Shown here piece after piece: positions 28,608-43,500 of a DNA stretch of 64,000 bases. A program made the position numbers and the translations under genes. Each line of letters opens with the position of its first letter. Position 1 is the first letter of the stretch. Source of the stretch: the human T2T-CHM13v2.0 reference genome, Homo sapiens; NCBI RefSeq assembly GCF_009914755.1, contig NC_060926.1. One strand, given 5' to 3'. The notes beneath the pieces were generated by a model. It had not been told where the DNA came from. It made no database searches and saw only the letters and a list, made by a program, of their open reading frames with translations.

Positions 28608-29187
28608 GATGGTAGGCAGACTTCTAAGATGACTCCTGGGATTTTTGGTTTCTCATGTGCAAACACCTCCTTCCAGTTATTCAATTAAACCCTGACCTAT
28701 GTGTTGCAGGGAAAGGACTGTGCAGATGTAATTAAGGCTCTTAAACAATTGGCCTTAACATGGGAGGGTATTCTTGGTGGGCCTGACTTCATCAGGTAAC
28801 CCTGTCGGATGGATGGGAAGCATGGAGGGAATTCAGTCCTTGAGAAGGCCTCTCTTGCTGGGTTTAAAGATGGAGGGGGTCACGTGGCAAGAAATGCAGA
28901 AGACCTCCAGCTGTTGAGAGCGGCCCCTGGCTGACAGCCAGCCAGGAAACAGGGAGGGACCTCAGCCCTCCAACCATGAGGAACTGAATTAGCTGACAAC
29001 CTGAGTGAGCTTGGAGTGGTTCTTCCTCTCTCAAGCCTCCAGAGGAGAACAGAAGCTGAGTGATAATTTGGTTTCAGCCCTGGACAGAGAAACCAGTTGT
29101 GTGAGATCAACAAAACTGAGGGCTAATAAATGGTTGTGGTTTAAGCTCTGTATTTATAATAATTCATCCCTCACCACCAATAGAACA
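28608..29187 (+). mobile_element. MLT1E-like MaLR LTR
   Basis: ccagttattcaattaaac...gcagatgtaattaagg and ctaataaatggttgtggtttaagc. Confidence 0.75.
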
Positions 29188-30299
29188 TAATACAGTAAGA
29201 TTCATTTTCCAGATATGATATTTGTAAGATCTAGGTATTCCTGTTGAACACATGGTAACTTTCCAGCATAGTTGCTTCTGCTCCGGAGTCTCTATGACAG
29301 GTGATTTTCTCTCACGCTCCAGAGAAGCAAGGCCACTTGAGCATGTGTTCTTCTTCACATTTCAAAATTACAAAGAGGTTGTGCAATTCATTGCCTCTGA
29401 ACATGCTAGCTATGAAATTATAGATGGTGCACCTTTGAGTGAATGAAGCTCTTGGGGCTTCTATTAATCCCCCATTCTGGTTTATAAAGTGATTCCTTAG
29501 CAAATAAAAAGTATAAAATGGCTTCAAATTGTTTAGGGTTCATTTCTGTTTTCTGAGTAGCATTAATCTTGTTATCTATACTATTTTTCACATAAAAAGA
29601 AGCAGGATGACCTAAAATGTGGACAAATTTGTTTCTTCCCTTGTTAATAGGTTTTATTTTACTCAGTTGTCCATTCCTCTGGTTTCAGAGCTTTCACATA
29701 GCTTTTTCTAAAATCTTTCAGTTAAGTTGTCATTCTTGACCAGAAATAACGGTCAAAACACCATCTGCATCAATATTTTGGCTTGTTTTCTTGATAATTT
29801 GCGAACCTGTGGGTGTGAATGACGCTTCCCGCTGCGCGGCTTCCCTGTGTCTCCTGTTTGTATTTAAGCACTCAAGTAGAAACTTCATCCTGCAAGGCTG
29901 GGAGGAAAGCGTCTCTTTACCTCGCAACAGGAGTTGGAAGACACATTCAGAGACCCACTGATATCTGACAAACAAAGATAGTGGAATCCGCTGTTCAAAT
30001 GGCTTCAAATAACAACCTCCAAGGCCATGCCCGATGGCTGTAACACATGATTCTCAGAACAAATGCTACCAAGTACTTGTTGCTTTGCTTGGACACATAT
30101 GTGCTTTCTGTTAGAGTTAGAGGGCAGAGTACCAAACTGGAGGTCACCATGGTGTAAATGACTCTACTTCTTTTTCCTGATAATATATCATAAATCATGT
30201 CCATAGAGAAATAAGCTTTATCATGCTAGAATTCTGAAAAAAACAAACAACAAACAAACAAAACTGCTTACTTTATTTTACTAACCACATAGTTAAAAT

Positions 30300-30800
30300 T
30301 TTTATGTATTTCAATTAGGATTTTTTTTTGTTATAGATGGCTTTGTTACTTTTCTAAAGGAGAGGCATTCACATAGTAGAAAACTCAGCAATTCAGAAAC
30401 ATGAAAAGAAGTAAGCATCCTCTGATAGTCAAAGGAAACCAGTGTCCATTTTAGAAAACCTCTATCCAGACATCATTCTACATTTGTATACACATTTAGA
30501 TTATATGTATATTATTTTGTATAAATAGATTATAATTCACATGCTGTTGTATAGTCTGCTGTTTTCACCTAACAATATAAAGGAAGTTTTTTATTTCAAC
30601 AGAAACAGAGATCTAGGAGTGATTTTAATAAAGGTATTGTGTGGCTAGTCTATATTTTAGTTAACCAATTTTCTATTAATTGACATTTATGTTCTTCTTC
30701 CATTTTCACCATAACAAAGAATGCTTCAATGTCCGTATCTTTGTGCACATTACTTTGCTCTTCTTTTAGCATAGCATTTAAATTATGATGTTTAAGTAAA
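30300..30800 (-). mobile_element. Old L1ME 3' fragment
   Basis: Diverged antisense L1ME 3'UTR-like sequence (ttaaccaattttctattaattgacattta). Confidence 0.5.
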
Positions 30801-31129
30801 ATAAATATAGTTCAGGCTTTTGTATAGAACAAAAAAAGTTAGAAATATAAGAAATTAATGAGTTGAAAGTGACCAAACTTGCGTGTCACCGTTGGATCTT
30901 AAGCATAGACAAAAATCTAGGGGGTATTCTAATAAAAACTAGGGGTATTCTGTACTTCAATTGTATCTTATTTTCTGTGGGTAGTTTTCTGGAATTACTG
31001 CCCAGTTTACCTGGACATTGGGGATGGTTTGATTGTATAACTTGATTTACATACAAATGTTGTTCTGGAAAGATTATCTACCACATTAACTTCCTTTGGG
31101 GACCACTGTGTGTAAAACAGAAAATGATT

Positions 31130-31436
<307 letters not shown>

Positions 31437-31497
31437 AGAAAATGCCTCTTTAACATCCACCCCTACACTGTTCCCTCCATGGCCAATCTGAGTGGCC

Positions 31498-31923
31498 TGC
31501 CTCCCTCCTTTCTTCCCTCCCTCCCTCCCTTCCTTCCTTGTCCCCATCCTCCCTCCCTCCCTCTCTTCCTCCCTCCCTCCCTCTCTCTCCCTCCCTCCCT
31601 CTCTTCCTCCCTCCCTCCCTCTCTCTCCCTCCCTCCCTCTCTTCCTCCCTCCCTCCCTCTCTTCCTCCCTCCCTCCCTCTCTTCCTCCCTCCCTCCCTCT
31701 CTTCCTCCCTCCCTCCCTCTCTTCCTCCCTCCCTCCCTCTCTTCCTCCCTCCCTCCCTCTCTTCCTCCCTCCCTCCCTCTCTTCCTCCCTCCCTCCCTCT
31801 CTCTCCCTCCCTCCCTCTCTTCCTCCCTCCCTCCCTCTCTCTCCCTCCCTCCCTCTCTCTCCCTCCCTCCCTCTCTTCCTCCCTCCCTCCCTCCCTTGTT
31901 TCCTTCCTCCCTTTCTCCCTTCT
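31498..31923. repeat. CT-rich polypyrimidine tract / 20-bp VNTR
   Basis: 31547-31897 contains only C and T; cttcctccctccctccctct is repeated 8 times perfectly at 31641-31800. Confidence 0.97.
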
Positions 31924-32329
31924 CAATACTACGGCTATTTCCATGATGTAGGGAGATTTATTTCAACACACACTTAGTTCCTCTCTAGTGCCTTTAGCTT
32001 TGTGGTTGTGGTTTTTGGTGGAGTGATTTTGAATTTGTTTATGGAAAAAACTATTTTTTGCTTGTATACACATACCATGCTCGTATAATTATTTTATTAG
32101 AATAAATGATTTTCTTGTGAATGAATTGTAATTCCAAATAACATTTTTTTCTTGCTTGACAGTGGATGCATGCAGACTCATTGAAATGTTGATTCTTACA
32201 GAGATCCATAAAATGAAAACCTCCAGAATTGTTTATAAACTTTCACTGCATGGGACGCTTAACTTTGTTCATTCATCTTTACATGAGATCATGTCTTCTC
32301 TTGGAATTCACCCCTCTGTCTTCCTTCCT

Positions 32330-32440
32330 CATCTCTAAAACTGGAATTAATAATATTCAGCTCACCAGGTAATTGTGAGAAATAACTGAAATGGCATATA
32401 GAAATGCCAGGACACAGTAGGTACTCACCGAATGGCAGCT
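32330..32440 (+). mobile_element. MIR fragment
   Basis: taaaactggaattaataata...ttgtgagaaataactga...cacagtaggtactca. Confidence 0.6.
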
Positions 32441-32564
32441 CCTTTCTGTTGCATTTTTCAAGATTTGTTTTGTGATAGTAGTTATCCTCCTATGTTATAT
32501 GCTCAAAAATAAAGTTAACACTTTTCTCCTTTTGCTTAGAAACTCTCAATAACTTCTGTAGCAG

Positions 32565-33216
<652 letters not shown>

Positions 33217-34974
33217 AACTTTTTTCCTTTTATTTTAAAAGAACCTTGATATTGTGCAGAGCACAACCTCCTCAGAGGAGTTGAGCCTCCCATCCCAAAG
33301 AGCAGAAAAACAAAAACCATTGTAAGCCAAGCATATTCACACGGTTCTTCTCTTCAGTGACTGATGAATGGGTGGGGGATTTAATTCAGCTCCAGTCATT
33401 GAACCCAAGGGAAAGTGTGTCAGGTGGATCCTAAAAAGGACTTTGTTCCCTAAAAGTCAAATTAAAACATAAAAGACAGTGTTCTCCTTCTTCTTGCTTG
33501 AAGTACACTGGCGTTGGAATTCAGTGCTTGGACCATAGCTACCATTTTGTCCATGTGAGTTATCGAGGATTTGAAAAGCCAATGCATTGCAGCTGTCAGG
33601 GTGGAGAGAAGAAGTTCTGGGTCCTTGATAACGCTGATATGTTGCTGCCACAAACCTGGAATTGGCTACCTCTGGTTTCTTTGTATGTGATAGGAAGAAA
33701 CTGCTCTGTTTCTGAAGCTGCTAGTTTTGAGTATGTGTGTGTGTGTGTGCATGTGTGTGTATGTGCATGTGTGTGAGAGAGATTTGCAGCTGAACACATC
33801 CTGAACACATTCTTATCCTATCATTCATAAGATAAAGTTCAGGTCTCTTATTTTGTCAACAATTGTTTTAGCTTCAGTCTCTCTGCTGCTTTCTTGGGTC
33901 TACCTGAATCTTTCCCACTGACAATGCTTTGCTACTTCTAAATTACACACAGCTCTTCTGTGTCTCCATCTTTGCACCTACTTTTCTTTTTGCTTGGGAT
34001 TCTCAGTTTCTCTTGTGCTCCTTTAATGTAGCACAGTTTTATCCATTCTCTACAACCATCAGCCTACTTTCTGTCTATAGACACAGAGAAACACGTGATC
34101 AGATGCAGCATGGTGCTTTCCTGGACTTGACTCCAGGAACAATTACAAGTATGTTTCAAAACAGGAATCATTCAAAATTTAACAGCTACACATCTTGTTG
34201 AAATGCACATCAAATAACCCAAAAAGAAAACCCAACTAGTTCTATGAAATATAATTTATAGTGTTGTCTGAATTGAACACTTTGGATCTTAATATTATTT
34301 TGTTTCCTTTTGTATGGTTATGTCCCTCCTCCATATTTTACATTTTGATAATATTTCAAGGTCCTTAAATATAAGCCCTTATATTATATTTCCATGATAT
34401 CCTTTGCAATGCCTGGCCCGCAGAGGCGTCAACCTCTCCTCCCTCCTCCTCTTCTTGCCCAAGCTGTGACCTTCTGTCACCAGCATTTCTGCTGTCGCCT
34501 CCACCCTGTCTTTCTGTTTCCCTTCTGGTCTCTTTTTCTCACAGCGTGCAGATAACTGTTGTAGCAGAACTCAGGTAATGCCCCTCCTGTACTCAAAACT
34601 CCCTCAGTGTTTCCCGTCGATTTGGAATTCAGTTCAAGTCCTCTGCCTTGCAGGACCTGGCTGTCACCACCCTCTCCAGAGTGATATTTCAGGCTTTCCT
34701 CCTCTCCCCCTGCGGCAGCCCCACTGGCCTTGAGTTATTTGAACACACAAAGCTTGCTCTTCCTCCAAGCCTTGCCCCAGACCTTTGCAGGACTGCCTCG
34801 CCCTCTTCATTTGGGTCCACTGGGCTGTCCTCGTCTCATGTGGTCCTGCCCAACAAGCTCATTAGAACACCACACACTGTGACCCGCCATCCCCTCACCC
34901 ATCACATCCCCTGCCTCTTGGACCCTCCCTCGGCTTCACTATTTTCCCAAGCCCTCATCACTGGCTGACATGCA

Positions 34975-35664
34975 CAGACAGTTCCCAACTTACCATTGTT
35001 TGACTTAGGATTTTTGACTTTGCAATGGTACAAAACCATCTCAATTTCCACACAATATGCAGAATTCAACAAATTACCTGAGATATTCAACACCTGACTG
35101 TAAAATAGGCTATGTGTTCAATGATTTTGCCCAAATATGGATTAATTTAAGTGCTATGAGCATGTTTAAGGTAGGCTAGGTTAAGCTATGATGTTTGGTA
35201 GATTGGGCGTATTAAATACTTTTTTAACTTATGATACAGGCCCACCTTAGAGATATTTTGGGTTTGGCTCCAGACCACCACAATAAAGTAAGTATCATAA
35301 TAAAATGAGTCATACACAATTTTCTTACTTGTTTTGCAGTGCATACAAAAGTTATGTTTACTCTATACTATAGTTTAAGTGTGCATCATGTCTAAAAAAT
35401 AATATATGTACCTTAACTAAAAATGCTTTATTGCTAAATAATGCTGACACAGAGACATGAAGTGAGCACATGCTGTTGGAAAAATGGTGCCAGTTGACTT
35501 GCTCAATGCAGGCTTTTCACAAACCTTCAATTTGTTAAAAAAAAAAAAAAGCAGTATCTATGAAGCACAATAATGGAAAATGCAATAAAACAAGGTATAC
35601 ATGTACTTTCAGCTTACAACGGGCTTATCAGGATGTAGACACACCGTAAGTCGAGGAGCATCTG
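34975..35664 (-). mobile_element. MER47A-like TcMar-Tigger MITE
   Basis: Termini cagacagttcccaacttac and gtaagtcgaggagcatctg; core gtttaaggtaggctaggttaagctatgatgtttgg. Confidence 0.85.
35237..35603 (-). mobile_element. Internally deleted Tigger1
   Basis: Both Tigger1 termini are present (caggcccacct...ccagaccacc and gcaataaaacaaggtatacatg), with a TA TSD at 35235-35236 and 35604-35605. Confidence 0.85.
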
Positions 35665-38600
35665 CACTGATATATTCCTGTATCCTGATGGCATCACCTG
35701 CATGCTCATTTGCTTACCGTCTACTTTCCTCAGTGGCATTTAGGTCATAAGATGTGAGGGATTTGTCTATCTTGTTCAATGTTCTATCTCCAGTACCCAG
35801 CTTATACTACACACTTAGCAAATTCTTTTAGATGCATAAATAAATTACTTAATACATTTTTGCAGAAAAATTAAAGAGTTACATATTTTTGAGCGCCATT
35901 CGATTTGAATGCCATTTTAAGCATGTGCCACACACCCACATGTATATTTTAGTGGGGAGAGCTGATCCTGAGTCTTTTTCTTGGATTTTCAGAAACAGAA
36001 TGACTTCTCTGGAAGAATATTTGACAGGATCTTAGTGGGCTGATAAATGTTTATACCGGCATTCATTCTATAAATGTTTACAGAGAATCGGAAACATGAC
36101 GGGCAGTTGTGCAAATCTCTGAGGATATAAATATGAATTAGACATTTTCTCCAGTCTAGTGGTGACAAATGGTGACAAATATGTTTGTTACTATGGTAAG
36201 AGAATGCAAATTGTTGGTTCAAAGAATATTTAATGGCTAACTTTTAGGAACAGCATTTGATGACACAGCTTTTAATAAGTGACAGGAACTGAAAATAATC
36301 TGAATTTCCACTAATTTCCAAACACTGTTCTTCACTATTTAGGTTGATATTTGATAGATGGTTTATTGTAAATTAAAAAAAATGCAAAACTCTAGCCATC
36401 CTTCTTTTTCACCATTTTGATGGATGTAGTCTTTCTAAGGGCCCAAGAGAAATAATGATAAGTAAATTAGACCCTGATGTTACTGTTAACAATAAACATT
36501 TTTCCAGTCATGTTAAGTGGTTGCTAAGTATATAAAGCTAATTATTTCATGAACTGGTGTCCATCAGAGATTAAATTGTAGTTTATCTTCTGCCCACTCT
36601 CTACTACTGCAAGAATTCTCCAAGCAGCCTGATCTAAAAGCAGCCACATCTGTGGAGATTATTTGTGTAGTGTTAGTACCAGAATATCATTTTGGAGAAC
36701 CTGAATTCTGTTGCTAATTATTCCAAGTGTCCACTTTCCCTTGCTTGTGTTGACCTGATTAATGTGTGGCTCTTTACCATTACATCTCAGAGAAGAGTAT
36801 TTTCAAATAGGAGAAACACCAGCAGAGGTGTCTGCAGAAGACACAGTGCTGAAATATTCATACTGTTGAAGAGATCATCATAAAATGTTCACCTGGCCCC
36901 AAGAGCTGCCTGAGTGAGATTTCCTTGTGTTCAAGTTTACTCCCTGGCACTGCTGACTGATTTGGGACCCCAGGCAGAGTAATTAAAGCAAGTTCTGGAT
37001 CTCTGTGTAGGAACAACGAGATTGCTTCTCCAACTCTGATGGCTATCAAGAGGGAGAGGAAAACACAAAGAGAGGAAATTAATTTACACACTAATGAATT
37101 TTTTAATTAGTATTTTAAAATCCAAACTTCAGCAGATTTCCCTATAGGGAATGGTATAGAATGATCCAGGTAATTAGCAGGAGTGAAGGTATTAAAACAA
37201 ACTTATGGATATAATGAGATAGAAGGTGTTTGCAGGTCAGTAGCGGCAATCAAACTCAGGATATGACGCTTTGAGGAGGAAACACAGGTTGCTGTTTTCC
37301 TCACAGAAGAAATAGGGACCATCACTAAATTTAAAATAATAAATTACATAATAAGGTATGTACCTGAAAGCATATTAAAATGTTCTTTGAGTATAAATTG
37401 GCCTTTATTAATATTTTTAATTCGCTATAGGTTACAAACCATAGTTTTAGGGTATAATTTCCCAGTAAAAATGAAAAGTGAAGCTAATGTTTCAAGGATA
37501 ATTATTACAGTTTTCTCTAGGTGTGATGATGATATGCATAACAGCACTTTAAAGAAATAATAAAGTCTTTGTGTTTATTTATTCATCAAGTATGGTTATG
37601 TCTATAATTGCCTCATATGCCAAAAAGGGGAATGAAATTCTGAATAGTATGCGTCATAATGAAAGTGTGTCATATTCTCTTTTGGAAGATTTTTTTTTAA
37701 TAGAAATGAAAATACCTATTTTATATGTATCCTAAATCTAACTATCAAGGATGAAGAATAAAACATTCAGAAAATAAATTTTAGGCACAGAAGAGCCAAA
37801 GGAACTATTTTGCAGTCTTTACCAAGCTACAATCACAAAAGGCCACTGATGCCAAGAGGGTAGTCATGATTTCATTTAGGTTGCAGTAACCATGGTCAGT
37901 CATGGAGGCTAGGAAAGTCCCCAACAGGTCCTTCAACCACTGTCATTGTAATAACATTACTATTGTTAAGGACTTCTCAGTCTCAATGAATAATCTCTTA
38001 GTGCTCTCCCTGCTTTCAATCTTTACATTTCTGAATCTGTCCTGCATCTTGTTATCCACCCAGACTTTTAAAAAATACTATTTAAATGATGCCATTCTAC
38101 TGCTGAAAATAAACCTTCATTAGCCTATGGAATCCATCTTTTTTTTTTTTTTTTTTGTCCTCATCCAAGCCTTCAGTGATCTGACAGCAATCTGAATTTC
38201 TAATCTAAGTGCTGACAACTTCCTCATTGGTACGGTTGAAAGCAAACTGGATGTGCAGTGTCTGATTCCCAGACCTTCACTCCTTGGCCGAGTGCATTTG
38301 GGCACATCATTCAGATATGACAATTGGATCCTCTGTTCCTGCATCTGCCAGATGGAGATCCAAGTGTGAGCCTTGCCTTTCTCCTTTAATACGTCTCTTT
38401 TGAAACTGATCATATACTGCAGCACATTTTCGGTATTTGCATTTTTATCTCACTAAATATTGGAGTCTCTGTGGTGATGGAAATTTTATTTTTCATTTGT
38501 TTTTCCTTACATGACATGTAGCATAATTATTTACATGCATTAAAATTATGGATGAAATAAATTAATTAAAATTAACTATTCATTAATATTTCTTTTTTAT

Positions 38601-39087
38601 TATTATCTGGGGATTTCTGCAGAGGAGCAACCCTTTGTAAACATTTTCATACGTGTCCTGTAATATCTAAGTTGTATTTTAAGAAAAAGGCATACTTTTT
38701 ATGCAGTGGAATCATAGAACGAATTTGTTTTCACCAAATTTGAGAGTCAAGAAAAGTATGTTTCATAAGCAATGCATAGAGACTGTTTCTCTGCTTCTAA
38801 ATTCTGGATGGGCCTGGCTAACAGGGAGCTCTCTGCTTTTCCCACTGGTGACTTCTTCTGTTCATACAAGATTTAAAGAGACATTCTATTCTAGGCTAAA
38901 ATCTCAGAACACAGGACTCCATTGATTTCTCAAAGTGTAATCACCAGCAATGTCTTCAGAGCAAGGACTGCCCCTGTGTAAGCAATCTCCGCATCCGAGC
39001 TACAACGCTCAGAAATTCAAAGTCAACAAGGTAATAGAGGAGTCCCCACTTTCAGTCCAGTTCCTTAACTCTTACTCATGCCTTGCA

Positions 39088-39440
39088 ACACACACACAGA
39101 AACACACATGCACACACACATACACACACACAGACACACAGAGACACACACAGACACACACACACACAGACACACACGCAGAGACACACAGACACACAGA
39201 CACACAGACACACAGAGACACACAGAGACATACATACACACACACAGAGACACACATGCACACACACACAGAGACACACACACACAGAGACACACATGCA
39301 CACACACACACAGACACACATGCACACACACACAGAGACACACATGCACACACACACACACAGACACACATGCACACACACACAGAGACACACACGCACA
39401 CACACACACACACAGAGACACGCACGCATGCACACACACA
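39088..39440. repeat. Complex (CA)n/CAGA/CATG low-complexity repeat
   Basis: ~350 nt of CA runs interrupted by GA and TG; source of the His/Thr and Cys/Val ORFs. Confidence 0.96.
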
Positions 39441-39736
39441 TGTGTTTTATTTCCTCCGCAAATGAATTTACTCTTCTTCCCGACATGGCCCCTTTTCTAC
39501 CAACTTACTTTACCCCCTCCCTGCCCCTTCTCTCAGCTATTTTAAAAGCAGTGCCGATATTTGGTCACCACTATGAGAACACCCAGCAACAGAGAAAGTT
39601 TCCATGGAAAAGGCACATTTACTTTCTTAACAGCCGTTACCAAAGTACACACATCCCCATGGCTCACCCTCCACGGGAGAGAACCTGCCTGTGTGCTCAA
39701 CACTGCTCTTCATATTATATGTTTCTTTAGAAAGAA

Positions 39737-40575
<839 letters not shown>

Positions 40576-43500
40576 TTAACTATTTCTACTATGGTTTATT
40601 TTCTGTCCCCAAGTACCTGAGTGTGCTTTTTTCTTCCTCTGAAACACACTTCTATATGTCCAAATGTGCGTAACTCAGGGCTTCAGGCTATTGGAGTGAC
40701 TGATGGGCCATCTTTCCTACTTGGCTTTAGCATGCTCTGCTCCCTGAAGTTCAGCGAGTTAGAACACCAAGAGGCAAATTATCTTTCCTCCTCTGGGACG
40801 CTGGGTAAAATCTATGTACTGGTCTGGCCATGAGATTTGATTCCCTGAGTTCTGGAGGGCAGAGGGGGCAGAAGCCGTTCATTCCCTGCCAGTCCTCCAC
40901 TCGAATCTACAGAGAAACCTGAAACTAGAAGCTTCCAGCTGTTTCTGGACCTCTGAGTAATGGGTGCAATTCAGACTCTCTAAACCTCAGTGTATCCATA
41001 AACCTGTAAGTCAGGGAGGTGGTCGCTTCGGCTTTCATTTCTTCAGACTTCACTATTTCTATGTAAGCACCCAAATCACTTATGAATTTTTTTTCTGCTT
41101 TAAATGCCTGGAAGAGTTCTCCTTTCTTGATTGAATCCTGACGGACAGAGCCAGGCACTTCTTTCACATAAACCCAACGAGCTGGGCATCATCCCTCTCT
41201 TTTAGTGTTAGTCGTGCCTGTTGCCACCACATCTAACTGCCTTATCTTGGTTTACTGTAAGCTCTTGAGGGCAGGCATCTCGTGTCTTTATTACTAAACT
41301 TCCTGTACCCAAGGTCTGACAAACAGGTGCTCAGTGAGGACAACTCCACTGCAATTGTGTGGCTTATACTGGGCACACAAAATTAGAATCCAGGTCTATC
41401 TGATGCTATAATTTTTTCATATACCTAACAACACAATTTCCCATTAAAAATAATCTTCAGGTTTTGTTTGAGGATAGGTTAAAACAAAAATGATGATCAT
41501 TCTCTCAAGCACAACACATTCGTCAGATGGTACCGATGACTAATAAGTCTGATGATGTCTTAGCATATGGGCCAAATGCTGAAAAACCAATAGAGCTTAT
41601 GTTTGGGTTACTTCTTTAAATGTATGTCTGTCTACTATGGTACAATTACTTTCATATTGTAATGTATTTTTCAGGTAATAGTGCATTTCATAAATAAGCA
41701 GCTTCAGAAGCCCTTTTCTGGCCTTTCAGGGTGTAACCCTGCCCTCCAAAAGAAGAAGGGGAAGTGTACCCTTCCCATCCCTTCATGAGGAGAAAGGGGT
41801 GAGAGCTCGACCTTGATGGTTTTCCATTTGGAGTAAAGCTGCAGAGAAGCCTTTCTCAGCCGATGACATCCTGACCTCCTAGTGGCCTCCAAATGGCATT
41901 TCACACACATACACTTGGGGGAGAGAAGTCCCTTTAATACCGGAGCTCAGTTTAAAAGTGAAAGCTGCCACCTCACTTAAGAGTTCACCTTCCTATCCTG
42001 CTGAAATTTTCTGGACCCCATACTTCTTTATCTTTACATGTTTTTAACTTATTTTACAGTTAATATAGGAAATATCTTGTCAGTAGATTTGAGTCGGGTA
42101 ATTTAACTCAATGACACTTAATCCATGTTTTAGAGGAATTAGAGCGAGAAAAGAGAGGAGCAAAAGCATACCTCCCAGCACACATTAAAAATTAATTTTA
42201 TCTTTGTAGATGAAGAAGGGAAATCACCAATAAAATGGACTAGGCTGGACGCCAAGACAAATCTTTGCTGCTGACACCACTTCCCATGAATTAAAATATT
42301 ATCTTAGGTTATTTATCCAGGTTTTCTTTAGGAAATTAAACCACAGCAAGACTGTAGAAGCCTAAACAGCAAGAAAAAAAAATCCATAAGTATTACAAAT
42401 ATCGAATATTTACTATATATTTATATTACTGTATTGTTGATTCTTTCATTTTTTAAATTATAATTTTATTTGAATTATCCTATTGTCCTACATTAAATCA
42501 TCTACATGAGAAATTCCACTACAAAAGTTACTCACAGTAAAGAATTCAAATCATTAATATGCTTAGAAGCTACAAAAATCTTAACATCTAAAATGAACAG
42601 AATCTCTTAGAAAGTTAAAGTATTTATTTTCTGTCCTTTTATAGAATAATTCTATCATTATGCATGCTATTTGTGGAGCATGTTATTTGTGGGGCATTTG
42701 TGGAGCATATCTATTTTGCTCGTCACCTGTCCTGGAAACTCATTTGACTTCATATTTCTTATGAGAGCATTCTGAATTATCTTGGCCATCATTCAGATTT
42801 CTTAAAAATTGTCTACATCCCACTTGTCCTATGATGTTTCAATTCCTGACTGTGCTCACGCATCTATGTGCCATGTTCACCCTTCCTTTCTGCCCTTGTC
42901 AGACCATTCCTTCTGGCAGTATGTGCCTTCTTTTCCCTTTTGTAGATTGGGCATTCCAAATGGGTCACCTGAAGTCCCAGGGAGGCCCTGATAATAATTT
43001 AGTGGACTTGCATATGTGTTTGACTTTGTTTCATTGAATTTGAGGTCCTTCCACATTGAGAAAGCACTCTTTGGTACAAGACAGAATCTGGACTCTTCTA
43101 GACTTTCCATTTCCATAAATCAGGCCATTAGACACATTGGATGCTTGGTCCTTTTGAAAGAATTTGCTTTTGAAATGCCTGATCTGTGGCCTTATGAGGC
43201 TTTCTTCAACAAGACTTCCATGACCCCTTGGGCCCCTTGGCTCCTGATCATCCCTTTCTTTTCTATACCCCCACTTATGTTGTTTTAACATGTGTTCTAT
43301 TGTTCCATTCTTCTAAGTCATTTCTGCAGTGACTCAGAATGTCCTTTCAGTTCAAGACCTACATCTTACTTCCTTGTTGTCATCACAAATCTGTACCTTT
43401 AACTGTGAGGGATGTTAATATTCTAACAGTGAGTCTGAAACAGAACTGAGAAAATCAGGACAATTTGGAATTGCAGCAGGGCACCTGCCCAAAAGTAACT

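Larger units (their letters stand above)
34430..35850 (+). mobile_element. L2 3' region, interrupted by MER47A/Tigger1
   Basis: ctcaaaactccctcagtg...ccactggccttg, then L2 3' end gggatttgtctatcttgttca...gatgcataaataaat. Confidence 0.65.

Noticed and set aside
31450-31977. 137-164 aa Pro/Ser/Leu-rich and Glu/Gly/Arg-rich ORFs
   Set aside because: Translations of the CT-rich repeat, which lacks stop codons by composition.
38950-39730. 121-215 aa His/Thr-rich and Cys/Val-rich ORFs
   Set aside because: Translations of the (CA)n compound repeat.
42809-43291. Cluster of overlapping 60-90 aa ORFs
   Set aside because: No recognisable domain; the sequence resembles decayed L2 or neutral DNA.
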